This document shows, piece after piece, positions 14,973 through 24,147 of a DNA stretch of 64,000 nucleotides (within the stretch, counting starts at the first letter, position 1; each line of letters begins with the position of its first letter). The notes beneath the pieces are model-generated. The model worked only from the letters and a program-made list of their open reading frames with translations, was not told where the DNA came from and did not search any database. Location of the stretch: positions 1 through 64,000 of the IMG/VR virus record IMGVR_UViG_3300010362_000015; one strand, written 5' to 3'. A program made the position numbers and the translations under genes. The stretch is from a virus. Its lineage: Duplodnaviria > Caudoviricetes.

Positions 14973-15466
14973 TCTCCGGCCTCCGTCTCGTAGATCACCT
15001 CAGCATAGGCGAAGCGCACAAGCCGGATCTTCTTGCCCATGGCGCTGGCTTGCGCCTCGAAGCGCTCCGCGAAGGGCTCGACCTTGCCGCGCTTGACCGC
15101 CACGATGGGAATGTAGCCCGCCGGGCAGAGGCCTTGCTTGATGCCCCATTCGCCGGTGCGTTGAGTGCGGTCGGGCTGATCGTCCTGGCCGATCCAGGCG
15201 TATAGCTCCATGTTCTTAATCCGTTCGGGTATGCGGTTCACGATCATTTCCTTGTCGATCACTCCCAGGTCTGTCGCCGCCCGCAACAAATCTTTCAGGT
15301 CATGCGCATCGAATTTTTCGTACAGGTGATACCAGTGGTTCCTCACGCTCTGAGAAGTTGTGCGCAGACGGCCTGCGATCTGCCGGGCGTTTCTTCCTGC
15401 GGCCAGCAGCTTGAGAATATCCAGCTCACGCGGAGTGAGGTGCGGCGGCTTTGCGGGCCCTGTCAC
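14969..15466 (-). CDS. LuxR/GerE-type HTH protein with C-terminal unknown domain
   Basis: LTPRELDILKLLAAGRNARQIAGRLRTTSQSVRNHWYHLYEKF. Confidence 0.8.
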   Translation of the reverse strand: MTGPAKPPHLTPRELDILKLLAAGRNARQIAGRLRTTSQSVRNHWYHLYEKFDAHDLKDLLRAATDLGVIDKEMIVNRIPERIKNMELYAWIGQDDQPDRTQRTGEWGIKQGLCPAGYIPIVAVKRGKVEPFAERFEAQASAMGKKIRLVRFAYAEVIYETEAGE

Positions 15467-15670
15467 TCAATACCTCCTGTGGTTCTTGACCTGATGCTGC
15501 GTCGCCTCGGCGCAGGTCGCATAGTGGCCGTCGGTAAAAAACTCGTCGCACTGGCGGCAGTAGTTCTTCCAGACGTGCGCTTCGCAATGCGGGCAGCGCT
15601 TGCGCTCAGTTGCGTCGCGGGCCTGATCGGCGCGCAGGTTGACGATATCGTGATCATTCAACAGCGGCAT
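15467..15670 (-). CDS. Small Cys-rich hypothetical protein
   Basis: CPHC..CRQCD..H..C. Confidence 0.6.
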   Translation of the reverse strand: MPLLNDHDIVNLRADQARDATERKRCPHCEAHVWKNYCRQCDEFFTDGHYATCAEATQHQVKNHRRY

Positions 15671-15863
15671 GCTTCTCTTCGGCCTCCGCGACCGAGCCGC
15701 GCTTGGCGTAGGAACGGTCGCATCGGAAATGGTAGTACCGCCCTTTCTCCGTGGTCACGCCCCAATTGTTGCCGCGTATCAAGCCGATCTCTTCCATGCG
15801 CAGCGCGATGGCCTTGAACTGGGAGTCGAAGAACTCGCGGTCGGCATTATCCATCGGCCTCAT
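15654..15863 (-). CDS. Small hypothetical protein
   Basis: Coupled ORF in the early operon. Confidence 0.55.
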   Translation of the reverse strand: MRPMDNADREFFDSQFKAIALRMEEIGLIRGNNWGVTTEKGRYYHFRCDRSYAKRGSVAEAEEKHAAVE

Positions 15864-16005
15864 GAATCCACTTCTTCCTCCAGCGCCTCGATGGCTCTCG
15901 TCAGATTGGCCGCGGCGTCGCGCAGGTGGCCGAGCGTAGCAAGCTTGTCCTGCCCGTGCGCGGCCTGCAGGTCGATCATGGCGGCGTCCATCAGTTGTTC
16001 CCAGT

Positions 16006-16347
16006 TCATTGCACGGTCCCCTTTTTGCGCAGCATCTCAGCCGTGGCCTTCGCCACCTTATCCGCCAGCCCCGGCTCTTGCATCGAGCTGGCCTCGATCA
16101 CCACGTCGGCGACCTGCCGCAGCCGCGCGGGCAGCTCCGCGTTGTCCGTCCCGAGCACCACCAGGGGTTTGTCGAGCAGTAGCGCCAGCCCCAATTGCAG
16201 CGCCATCCAGATGTCCTTGTCCTTGTCGCTGAAGATGGGGCAGAACACCATCGCCGAATTCGTCATCTTCGGGATGATGTCGCCGCGCGCCTTATCGCGC
16301 AGGCGTTGGAACACCTCGCGGATTTCGTCTTCTGTTGGCTCTTTCAT
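16006..16347 (-). CDS. Hypothetical protein (NDT/TIR-like Rossmannoid possible)
   Basis: LGLALLLDKPLVVL motif. Confidence 0.6.
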   Translation of the reverse strand: MKEPTEDEIREVFQRLRDKARGDIIPKMTNSAMVFCPIFSDKDKDIWMALQLGLALLLDKPLVVLGTDNAELPARLRQVADVVIEASSMQEPGLADKVAKATAEMLRKKGTVQ

Positions 16348-16937
16348 TGCGTGCGCCTCCGAATAAAATCATCGACGTCCGTCTTGCCGTCTCGCCGGTA
16401 CATTTTCAGCCTGCCGTCGAAGTGGGAGGCGTCGCTGAAATGTACGTCGGGTTTGCCGGTGAACACACCGCGCCCCATGATGTCCTGGGAGTACATGCAC
16501 ACGCGCTCGGGCGTCTGCGCGATGCAGGCGAGCGCGTCGCACATCGTCAGCAGGCCCTGTTTAAGCATCTCGTGATGGTGCTTATGGCCATCGGGATGTC
16601 GGTTGAGATGGTATTCGATCTCCTCGGGCGGCAACGTTTCCAGCGCTTTGGTCGGCCTGAATTTATTGACTACTGAGACGATCACGATGGCGTCAGGCGG
16701 CGACAGCGTACATGCATACTGGAGCATGCCGAAGCCAAGATCCTTCGATCCGCCGTGCTCCAGCCAATCCTCGCCCAGGCGTTCCTCGATTTCGCGCTCG
16801 AATTTGCGCATGCGGTACAGGGTTTCGCCCTCGTGATACGTCGCCAGCAGGATGCTGCGCCAGCGCTTCATTCGCAGATCGACTTTGGCCATGTTGGCGG
16901 CTTGATAGCAGAGGCCCTCCAGCACCCTGTCGGTCAT
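16344..16937 (-). CDS. Hypothetical protein
   Basis: ATGA coupled; AAGGA SD. Confidence 0.65.
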   Translation of the reverse strand: MTDRVLEGLCYQAANMAKVDLRMKRWRSILLATYHEGETLYRMRKFEREIEERLGEDWLEHGGSKDLGFGMLQYACTLSPPDAIVIVSVVNKFRPTKALETLPPEEIEYHLNRHPDGHKHHHEMLKQGLLTMCDALACIAQTPERVCMYSQDIMGRGVFTGKPDVHFSDASHFDGRLKMYRRDGKTDVDDFIRRRTQ

Positions 16938-17179
16938 TCCTTGTCCTGCTCTTTCCGCAGATCGTCGATGCGCGTCTCGCACCAGTCGATCTGCCGGTCG
17001 ATGGCCGTCGAGGTGCGCCGCAGAAATTTGATCTGCTCGCGCAGGAACTCGATCTCCTTCTCGATCAGCTCGCGTTTGGTCATCTCAGGGGGCCCGGCGC
17101 TCTCCATACCTACGGTTCTCTCTTTTACGACGATGGTAGCCGGGCCCCTTCCTCACCTTGCGGTGAAGCTCATCGAAAC

Positions 17180-17416
17180 TCATTGCCGATGCGTCCAATT
17201 CGTCCACGCAATCGCCGCCGCGCGCGCGGCCTGCCGCTTGGTCATCTGCGGCGGATCATTCTCATCCGAACCTTGCACGTAGCAGCCGCACCGGTGCTCG
17301 ATGTGCGCGACCGATCCGGCGATGCTGCGGAATCCGCACTCGCCATGCATCGGCTGCTGGAAGTGGGGATGCTGTTCTAGCGCACCGACCGGCTCTTTAC
17401 ACCACGTGCAGTTCAT
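17180..17416 (-). CDS. Cys/His-rich hypothetical protein
   Basis: CTWC..H.EC..GSVAH..RCGC. Confidence 0.6.
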   Translation of the reverse strand: MNCTWCKEPVGALEQHPHFQQPMHGECGFRSIAGSVAHIEHRCGCYVQGSDENDPPQMTKRQAARAAAIAWTNWTHRQ

Positions 17417-17754
17417 GACGTCGCCGCCATTTTCACCAGCTCCAGAATTCTCATGTGGCCCTCGACGGCTTTGTCGTAGCTGTCGTAGCGCCGCTGCTGG
17501 AGATCGTCGCGCCAGCGCCAGCCGCCGAAGACCATCGTTTCCCAAAGCACTGGCCCGCCGCGCCGCATCCAATTGTGGTCGATCCCCAAGAACACGGTCG
17601 AGACGACGTAGTCGCCGATCTTGTCCTGGCGCACAATGCGATCCGCGGACTCGAACCACGCGGCCCACTTGAGCGTGTCGCGCTCGATCACCGGCGTTCT
17701 GCCGTCAGGCGCGAGCACGTAGTTGTCGAGCACGCTGCGCCGCCGCCCTCTCAT
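17413..17754 (-). CDS. Conserved phage hypothetical protein
   Basis: VSTVFLGIDHN..PVLWETMVFGG..RY..A..GH motif. Confidence 0.7.
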   Translation of the reverse strand: MRGRRRSVLDNYVLAPDGRTPVIERDTLKWAAWFESADRIVRQDKIGDYVVSTVFLGIDHNWMRRGGPVLWETMVFGGWRWRDDLQQRRYDSYDKAVEGHMRILELVKMAATS

Positions 17755-18212
17755 GTCAAATTCGTGATGGGGAATTTTTCCCCCTCGCGGTATAGCGCCA
17801 GCCGTAGGGTAACGCCGGGGTAATACTCGCTGTCGGCGTCCACGCATACATCGAGCCCGGCGTCCAGCGCCCAATCCAAAAGCGTCTTCAGGGTGTCGCG
17901 GTCCAGGCGCGAGTAGGGATGAAAAATCGCCGCATAAGGCCGCCCGTTGCGGTTGTACAGTCGAATGTGGTCGAAGAGGTGTTCGATCTCCGACTTCAGA
18001 TCGAGGCCATGGTAATTGCCCCTCCGAAGACGCTCTGGGTGGGTCGCCAGACGGCGCAGAAAACTATCCACTGCGCGGTGACTGCGTTGCATTCCGGCCT
18101 GTCGATAGCAGTCGGTATTGATGCGGCTCCGCTCATTTGCCAGAACCTGTACGGCGCGATCACAATCGCTCTTTCCAAACGAACCGCCCGCCGGGGCCAG
18201 ATCGTCTCTCAT
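17751..18212 (-). CDS. Hypothetical protein
   Basis: LFDH..HPY..SEYYPG motif; GGAGGG SD. Confidence 0.65.
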   Translation of the reverse strand: MRDDLAPAGGSFGKSDCDRAVQVLANERSRINTDCYRQAGMQRSHRAVDSFLRRLATHPERLRRGNYHGLDLKSEIEHLFDHIRLYNRNGRPYAAIFHPYSRLDRDTLKTLLDWALDAGLDVCVDADSEYYPGVTLRLALYREGEKFPITNLT

Positions 18213-18225
18213 GCTTCCCTCCTTC

Positions 18226-19155
18226 TCAAATCTTGACCTCCACATCGCGTTCCTTCACGATCTTCTTGCCGCGGTTGCCGCGCACGGTCATGGGCGACCA
18301 GACCAACGTGTTGTATTTCCCGAACAGGCCTGCACCTTGTCTGTAGTCCCTGAAATGCCCGCGGCAGATATGCAGCGCGCGTGCGAGCCCGACCTTGTCG
18401 GAGCCGCCCTCACGCTTGAGAATCTGCTTGAGCGGCTCGATTACGAGCGTCTTGTAGCCCGACGGGCTCGCGCCCCCGTGCCGCTCGCGATAGCGCTTCA
18501 CCAGCTTCGCGTCGGGCTGGTTGTCGATCACGCGCACATTCTTACAGTGCAGGAACGAGATCGCCAGGAAGGTCGGGTTGAGATAAGTGATGTGCGCCTT
18601 GAGGATCTCATCGTGCAGCCCGCCGGTGTAGGTCTGTATCCATGGCCGCTCGATGATCGCGCCGTTCTCATCCACCATGAGAAAGACCGAGCCATGCGGC
18701 CCGTCGGCGACGATATCGCGCCTGATCCGGTAGTCGATGAAATACTCGCACCATAAGATCCACTTGCATGTATCAGGTGCGGCCTTGTCGGCGACGATCT
18801 GGCCCTGAGGATCGAGGGCGGATACGAGCACGCCCATGCGCCCGCCCGCGAAGTGGTCGGAGATATCCGTCAGCCCCTTCTCTTTCGAATAAACGTGGTT
18901 GGGCAGCGGATGCTCGAACCAGCACTGCGTCCACGGCGGCGCGAGGTTGGGCATGTCGGTGCGCAGATCCCAATACTCCTGATCGCTCTGGAAGAAATAC
19001 TCCGCGATGTTGGCGATATGGATCACCGGCATATCGGCCTGCAGGAAGTCGAGCACCTTCTGCGCGTACCGCTCCCACACGTCTTCCATGCTGGGCGCGA
19101 TGAACCACGGCATGCGCACCGGGCCGCGGCGAAGATCATCGAGGAAGCGGGCCAT
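18226..19155 (-). CDS. Hypothetical protein, paralog B of a tandem pair
   Basis: NLAPPW..FLHCKNV..HICRGHF..GLFGK shared with 19159-20094. Confidence 0.75.
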   Translation of the reverse strand: MARFLDDLRRGPVRMPWFIAPSMEDVWERYAQKVLDFLQADMPVIHIANIAEYFFQSDQEYWDLRTDMPNLAPPWTQCWFEHPLPNHVYSKEKGLTDISDHFAGGRMGVLVSALDPQGQIVADKAAPDTCKWILWCEYFIDYRIRRDIVADGPHGSVFLMVDENGAIIERPWIQTYTGGLHDEILKAHITYLNPTFLAISFLHCKNVRVIDNQPDAKLVKRYRERHGGASPSGYKTLVIEPLKQILKREGGSDKVGLARALHICRGHFRDYRQGAGLFGKYNTLVWSPMTVRGNRGKKIVKERDVEVKI

Positions 19156-19158
19156 ATG

Positions 19159-20094
19159 TCAGATGCGTACTTTGATCTCGGGCGGCGTTGCCTTGGCGCC
19201 TTCTGCCTTCGAGCCGCGGACGTGCATCGGCTGCCAGTAGATCCCGTGGTGTTTGCCGAATAAGCCCGGGCCCTCGCGGAAATCCATGAAGTGTCCGCGG
19301 CAGATGTGCAGCGCCTTCTGCAGGCCGATCTCGCCCGACCGGCCCTCCTTCTCCAGGATGCCCTTTAATGGTTCGATTACGAGCGTCTTGTATGGAGCCG
19401 GGCTCACGCCGCCATGGCGTTCGCGATAGCGCTTCGCCAGCTTGGGATCGGCGGTGTGATCGATAATTCGCACGTTCTTGCAATGCAGGAAGCATAGCGT
19501 TAGCAGAACAGGATTGAGCGACAGCTGTAGAGCTGCGCTCTCGCCAGGAACGGGCTTATCGCCGTAGGACGCCTGAAACCATCCGACCGGGCGCCCTTCT
19601 TTGCTTATGTCAACATAGATCGGAGGCGTTGGCCCCAATGGCTTCCAGCTGCGAACACCCCTGATCTGATAGCTCTCGCCGAAACTTAGGCAGAGTTCAC
19701 ACTGGAGAATCCATCTGGTTTCAGCGGACGGAGCTTGAGTTTCTGCGTAGTGGCCAACGAGAGCAGCGGGGTCAAGCGCTGTTATCAGAAAGCCGAAACG
19801 GGAGCGGGGACTTGCTACTGGTAGAAATTTACCCCAAGGCGGCTTGCGGAACTCGGCCCAAAACTGCGTGTAAGGTGGGGCGAGGTTCGGGAAGTCGCGC
19901 ACAATATCCCACTTGATTTCTTCGCCGCCATAAATATAGTCGGCTATATTGTCGATCAGAAATATTGGCAGATCGCCCATCAAGGCAGTGGTGAAGCTTT
20001 CCCGGGCCTTGAGCCAGTGCGGCGATGTCACCGGAACGGACTCGGGCCTTTCCAATCTGCTATCGGCGCGCAGATCATCGATGAACCGGCTCAT
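19159..20094 (-). CDS. Hypothetical protein, paralog A of a tandem pair
   Basis: NLAPPY..FLHCKNV..HICRGHF..GLFGK. Confidence 0.75.
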   Translation of the reverse strand: MSRFIDDLRADSRLERPESVPVTSPHWLKARESFTTALMGDLPIFLIDNIADYIYGGEEIKWDIVRDFPNLAPPYTQFWAEFRKPPWGKFLPVASPRSRFGFLITALDPAALVGHYAETQAPSAETRWILQCELCLSFGESYQIRGVRSWKPLGPTPPIYVDISKEGRPVGWFQASYGDKPVPGESAALQLSLNPVLLTLCFLHCKNVRIIDHTADPKLAKRYRERHGGVSPAPYKTLVIEPLKGILEKEGRSGEIGLQKALHICRGHFMDFREGPGLFGKHHGIYWQPMHVRGSKAEGAKATPPEIKVRI

Positions 20095-20101
20095 GACAAC
20101 C

Positions 20102-20428
20102 TCACGCCGCGGTCGAGCGCTTCTGCGGCTCTTGCAGCTCGGCCCTGGTCGGCATTCGATACAGCGACGGGTCGAGCCACGTCGTCAGCGGCGCGTAGAC
20201 GTTCTTGCGCGTGATGCTGGTGTGGCCGAACTGCTCCCAGGCCTCGACGCCCGCGCGCGTCGCGTGGAAGCCCTTGCCCGGCCTGTATGCGACCCAGCCT
20301 CGGATCAACATGCTCCTGAGCGGCCTCTGGTCGTAGCGCGCCGCATCTACGACGGGCATGTACCAGTTGGTGCCGTTCTGCGCGAAGATCTTGAGCATCG
20401 GGTGCTGCCGGTTGCTGAGGTTGATCAT
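20102..20428 (-). CDS. Winged-helix-like hypothetical protein
   Basis: LRSMLIRGWVAY..FHATRAG.EA wing motif. Confidence 0.55.
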   Translation of the reverse strand: MINLSNRQHPMLKIFAQNGTNWYMPVVDAARYDQRPLRSMLIRGWVAYRPGKGFHATRAGVEAWEQFGHTSITRKNVYAPLTTWLDPSLYRMPTRAELQEPQKRSTAA

Positions 20429-20784
20429 TCGCTCTCTCCTTTCTTCGGCTCGCGCAGGATAGCTTCGACGTCCATTTGGTCGGCAATCGAAAAAGTGCTG
20501 GGATTGCCGCCGGGATTCGCGTAACCAGACCGCTCGGCGAGCCGTATGCGGGCCGGTGTGACGACGTGCAGGTCGCAATAGGCGCAGCAGCGGCCATTGT
20601 TGACCGGCTCGGCGTTGCTGGAGAATTCGGGAAACGGCTCCTGGCAGATCGAGCAAATTTGACGCCGCGGTTTGCGCCTGCCGGTGATCGCGAAGTGAGC
20701 GTGAGTCGTCGGCATGACGACTGCGCTGGTGATGCCGTTCGCCGCCAGATATTCGCGGGCCTCTGCTGCGGATTGAAATATCAT
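20425..20784 (-). CDS. Zn-finger hypothetical protein
   Basis: CSIC..NAEPV..GRCC..C..V.PARI. Confidence 0.65.
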   Translation of the reverse strand: MIFQSAAEAREYLAANGITSAVVMPTTHAHFAITGRRKPRRQICSICQEPFPEFSSNAEPVNNGRCCAYCDLHVVTPARIRLAERSGYANPGGNPSTFSIADQMDVEAILREPKKGESE

Positions 20785-21209
20785 GCTGCGGCCTCCGGCG
20801 ATCCGTTGGTCTGCTTCGCCTTGCCGTTCATCTTGGAGATGAGGGCTTTCTGCTCCTTCGGCGTCATCCCGTCCCAGGCCTCGTTCTTTTTGGCCTTCTT
20901 GATTTTCACCGTCGGCTTCCACTTCGCCCTGCGCCGGGCCATCTCGGCCCTGCGCGCCTTCGGGTCCGCGGGCCAGCCGCTCGACAGCTTGGGCGGCCTG
21001 CCGCGGCGGCCTCGCACGGTGGCGGGCTTGACCAGCAGCTCGGTCGCAGCGTTCTGCGCGGCGTCGATCTCGTGCAGCTCGGCCTGTATTCTGGCCGCCA
21101 TGGCGTCCAGCATGCGCATCACGCGCTTGATGCTCTCCAGCTGGACCTCCAGGCCCATGCGCTCGTACTCCGATGGCACGCGTGCCTCTGATTCGGTGTT
21201 TTGCTTCAT
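20781..21209 (-). CDS. Coiled-coil plus AT-hook basic DNA-binding protein
   Basis: N-terminal heptad helix, RGRRGRPPK, Lys-rich tail; own promoter TTGAAA-18-TAGTAT near 21265-21294. Confidence 0.6.
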   Translation of the reverse strand: MKQNTESEARVPSEYERMGLEVQLESIKRVMRMLDAMAARIQAELHEIDAAQNAATELLVKPATVRGRRGRPPKLSSGWPADPKARRAEMARRRAKWKPTVKIKKAKKNEAWDGMTPKEQKALISKMNGKAKQTNGSPEAAA

Positions 21210-21383
21210 CCTCTGATCAGCTCCATTTCCTTAGTGGTCTAGCCGCCACTTTTTTTGCTATTGATACTACATCTATCGGGCGCGAAATTTCAAACCATTC
21301 CTATTAGTCAAACGTGTGAAATAAAACTGGCTCCATCGCTAATGTTATCCAAAAACGGCAAAGAGTTGCCGAATCCTGGATAA

Positions 21384-21728
21384 TCAGGCCGCGGCGATGC
21401 AGGCGCATTTCTTCACGCAGGAAAAGCCGCCCTTCTCCACCCAGATCCAACCGGAGCCGCCGCAGACCGGGCAGCCGGTATTCTTCGGTGAGCTGAGGTT
21501 GTAGTCGTCCGGTGGATGAAAATAGTCGAAGATGTCGCCCGGCTTCGGGCACTCCCGTTTTCTCTGCGTCAGCGTCCAGCTATCGACAAAGCCTTCAGCG
21601 GCCTCGCGCGTGGGCGCTTCCATCATGGCCTTGAGCAGCTGCCCGACGGCTCCTTCGTCCTGCGGGAAATAGCTCAAACCCGACAATCTTCTAACTAGCA
21701 CGTATGCGATTGCAGGATCTATCGGCAT
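21384..21728 (-). CDS. Replication accessory protein (helicase-loader position) with Zn finger
   Basis: Directly downstream of the initiator; CP.PGDI and CPVCGGSGW..CAC. Confidence 0.55.
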   Translation of the reverse strand: MPIDPAIAYVLVRRLSGLSYFPQDEGAVGQLLKAMMEAPTREAAEGFVDSWTLTQRKRECPKPGDIFDYFHPPDDYNLSSPKNTGCPVCGGSGWIWVEKGGFSCVKKCACIAAA

Positions 21729-22794
21729 ATAGCCTCAGCACCTCCTCCATCTTTGCGTCGGCTTTGCTCATGGGCTTGCGCACCACCGGCTCGATGCGCC
21801 ACTCGCCCTCGGCTATCCATCGCCACAACTGCGGAACGTACTTTTCCACCGGTAGCGTCGCCCAGTATTCGCACCACGCCGGATGATGCTCGCGCATAAC
21901 GTTGGCAGCTGACGGGTCGCGCCGCAGAACCTTGTCGATCTCCGCGGCGGCCTTGAGCGGCAGGCCCGGCTGTGGATGTTCCGCCATCAGCTCGAAGGCC
22001 AGCTGCTCGGCCTCGGAAACCTGTCGAACTTCGCCGTGCTCGCCCGGTATATAGTTCGGGGGCGGCGAGTCGGGTCTGGTCCCGGGCCGGTAGTCTGCAC
22101 CGTCAGCCACTCGTTGAACGGCGTCGCCCCCTGAGCACACCCCCTGGCTCACCGGCTGAGCCCGGGCTTGTAAATTCTCCTTCAATGAACCAGATCGAAC
22201 CGGTTCTGCTGCCGGTTCCACTCGCGCTCGGTGTTGCTCTATTTTCGACTCATCACACGCCGCCGCCGCCGCCGCCGGTCGCGCCTCGTCTCGCCCCTTC
22301 TTAACTTCAACAGGCGGCACGGCGGCGAGTGGTTCAGAAACAGATGGTTCAAAGACAGTTGGTTCATATATAGATAGCGGCAGCTCGAACTGTCGCTGGT
22401 GACAACTTGTCTTTGTCATCGGTGACAACTTGTCTTTGTCATCGGTGACAGTTCGGCTTCGTCTCGCCCGTGGCCGAGTTGCCCGGTTCTCGGCCTTCTG
22501 CCACTGGTCCTCGGTGGCGATTACGTAGTCACAGGACAAGCTGCCATGCTGCTGGACTCGGAGGATGCCGCGGGACCGCAGCAGGCCGGTCGCCCGATCC
22601 AATGTGCTGAGCGAAATCCCGGCACGCTCGGCCAGCTTCTCGCGCTTGGGATTACACTGGCCCGTCTGCCTGTTACGAAACGTCATTAAAGCGGCGAAAA
22701 CTCTTATCACCGAGTGCGTGACGGAATGATCACAAGCCAATACTTGAGGGATGCAAATGTAAGGGGTTGTGGGATAATAAGCAGCAGTGGACAC
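21691..22794 (-). CDS. HTH replication initiator (lambda O-like)
   Basis: N-terminal RVFAALMTFRNRQTGQCNPKREKLAERAGISLSTLDRATGLLRSRGIL; internal iterons; GTG start inferred. Confidence 0.8.
   Translation of the reverse strand: MSTAAYYPTTPYICIPQVLACDHSVTHSVIRVFAALMTFRNRQTGQCNPKREKLAERAGISLSTLDRATGLLRSRGILRVQQHGSLSCDYVIATEDQWQKAENRATRPRARRSRTVTDDKDKLSPMTKTSCHQRQFELPLSIYEPTVFEPSVSEPLAAVPPVEVKKGRDEARPAAAAAACDESKIEQHRARVEPAAEPVRSGSLKENLQARAQPVSQGVCSGGDAVQRVADGADYRPGTRPDSPPPNYIPGEHGEVRQVSEAEQLAFELMAEHPQPGLPLKAAAEIDKVLRRDPSAANVMREHHPAWCEYWATLPVEKYVPQLWRWIAEGEWRIEPVVRKPMSKADAKMEEVLRLYADRSCNRIRAS
22398..22450. repeat. Iteron-like tandem repeat (putative ori) inside the initiator gene
   Basis: GGTGACAACTTGTCTTTGTCATC twice, plus a partial GGTGACA. 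Confidence 0.75.
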
Positions 22795-22910
22795 CGGGTC
22801 ATCTCCCTGGCCTTTGCGGACCTGACTAAGTCGTTTGCAGCGACTAAGGTGTTCGATGGGTAAAAGTCTCGCGGCTCGCACCGGCGGGCCGCATTTGTTT
22901 TTTACGGTCC

Positions 22911-23267
22911 TTAAGGCGCGCGTTCGAGGCGTTCCAGCCAATCGCGGAGTTGCTCTCCGGCCTGCACGATGACGATGTCGAAGCCGTAGCCCATACGCAG
23001 TTCGGCGTGCCGCTTGCGCTGCACGTCGGTCGGCTGCTCGCCGGGCCGCTTCGCTTCCATGAAGACGGAGCCGGGGGCGGCCAGCAGCCAGTCGGGATCG
23101 CCGGGCGTGCCCATCGTCACCCAGTTCCCATTCGGCGTGCGGAACCGCCCCACATGTTGGCGCACCGGGTAATACCCGTATCGCCGCGCCAGCTTCAAGC
23201 ACACGCGCTCGACGTCGTTTTCGGAATACTCGACGCGCTCGGGGCGCAGTGCAAATCTGGAACTCAC
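22911..23267 (-). CDS. VRR-NUC domain nuclease
   Basis: SENDVE..GTPGDPD..FMEAKRPGEQPTDVQ. Confidence 0.85.
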   Translation of the reverse strand: MSSRFALRPERVEYSENDVERVCLKLARRYGYYPVRQHVGRFRTPNGNWVTMGTPGDPDWLLAAPGSVFMEAKRPGEQPTDVQRKRHAELRMGYGFDIVIVQAGEQLRDWLERLERAP

Positions 23268-23485
23268 GCCGCGGCTCCTTCGGGCGCAGGCGGCGGGACG
23301 TTGACGATCTCGAAGCCGCAGTGCATGAACTGCCCGGCCAGCGAAACCCACAGGCCGCGCTCGCAGCCGATCACGCCGACCGTCGTCCACTCACCCGAGC
23401 CGCGCTGCATCTCCATGCGACCGTGTACGCGATCCGGCACGCGCACGGCGTACCACATCACCCGATACTTGATGCTGGGGGTCAC
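23264..23485 (-). CDS. Small hypothetical protein
   Basis: Coupled on both sides. Confidence 0.55.
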   Translation of the reverse strand: MTPSIKYRVMWYAVRVPDRVHGRMEMQRGSGEWTTVGVIGCERGLWVSLAGQFMHCGFEIVNVPPPAPEGAAA

Positions 23486-23856
23486 GCTGCCACTGCGTCC
23501 TGCGCCGCGCGCCTCACGCGGATGCGGCAGTTGGTGCAGACATCAGCTTTGTCCAGCTCGTCCCATTCGAGGTAGCCCTTCTTGTGACTGGCCTTGACCT
23601 CGGTTTTGCACCACGTGAGGTCGAAGCCGAACATCGAGAGATGGCGCACGCGCGAGATCACCGCGGTCTTCAACGCGCCCTTGCCGCGAACGATCTGCGA
23701 CAGCGCCTGGAGCTGCCGCGCTTCGACCGCGGCGTTGGACTTCTTCTTCACGCAGTCCATGCACTCGGCCCAGGCCGGAGTCACGGTCTTGTGGATGTTC
23801 GGATCGGGATGCTGGCTCGCCTCAGGAATGGGGTTGCCGCACGTCTTGCAGATCAT
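23482..23856 (-). CDS. Zn-finger hypothetical protein
   Basis: CKTC..CMDC, H..TWC..CTNC. Confidence 0.65.
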   Translation of the reverse strand: MICKTCGNPIPEASQHPDPNIHKTVTPAWAECMDCVKKKSNAAVEARQLQALSQIVRGKGALKTAVISRVRHLSMFGFDLTWCKTEVKASHKKGYLEWDELDKADVCTNCRIRVRRAAQDAVAA

Positions 23857-24128
23857 CGGGCGACCTCCGGCGTTGTCATGGCGATGCGCAGCGCATCGAT
23901 GTCATCGGGGTACTTGTTCTTGAAGTCGGCCAGCGTGTACGTGAGGTCGAGTTTGGGCCGCTTGCCCCACGGGCACATCGGACCTTCCCAGTGATAGCGG
24001 ATGAGGTCGCCGTCGAGCTTGGCCCACTCGAACGATTCCTGCGTGATCGAACGGCGGAAGATCTCGATCATCGATTCCTCCCGAACGCAAAAAACCCGGG
24101 GGCGCGCGGCCCCCGGGTCGATTGGCAT
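23853..24128 (-). CDS. Hypothetical protein
   Basis: MPIDPG start chosen to avoid overlap with the recombinase. Confidence 0.55.
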   Translation of the reverse strand: MPIDPGAARPRVFCVREESMIEIFRRSITQESFEWAKLDGDLIRYHWEGPMCPWGKRPKLDLTYTLADFKNKYPDDIDALRIAMTTPEVAR

Positions 24129-24147
24129 CCAATATTGGCCGGTGATC

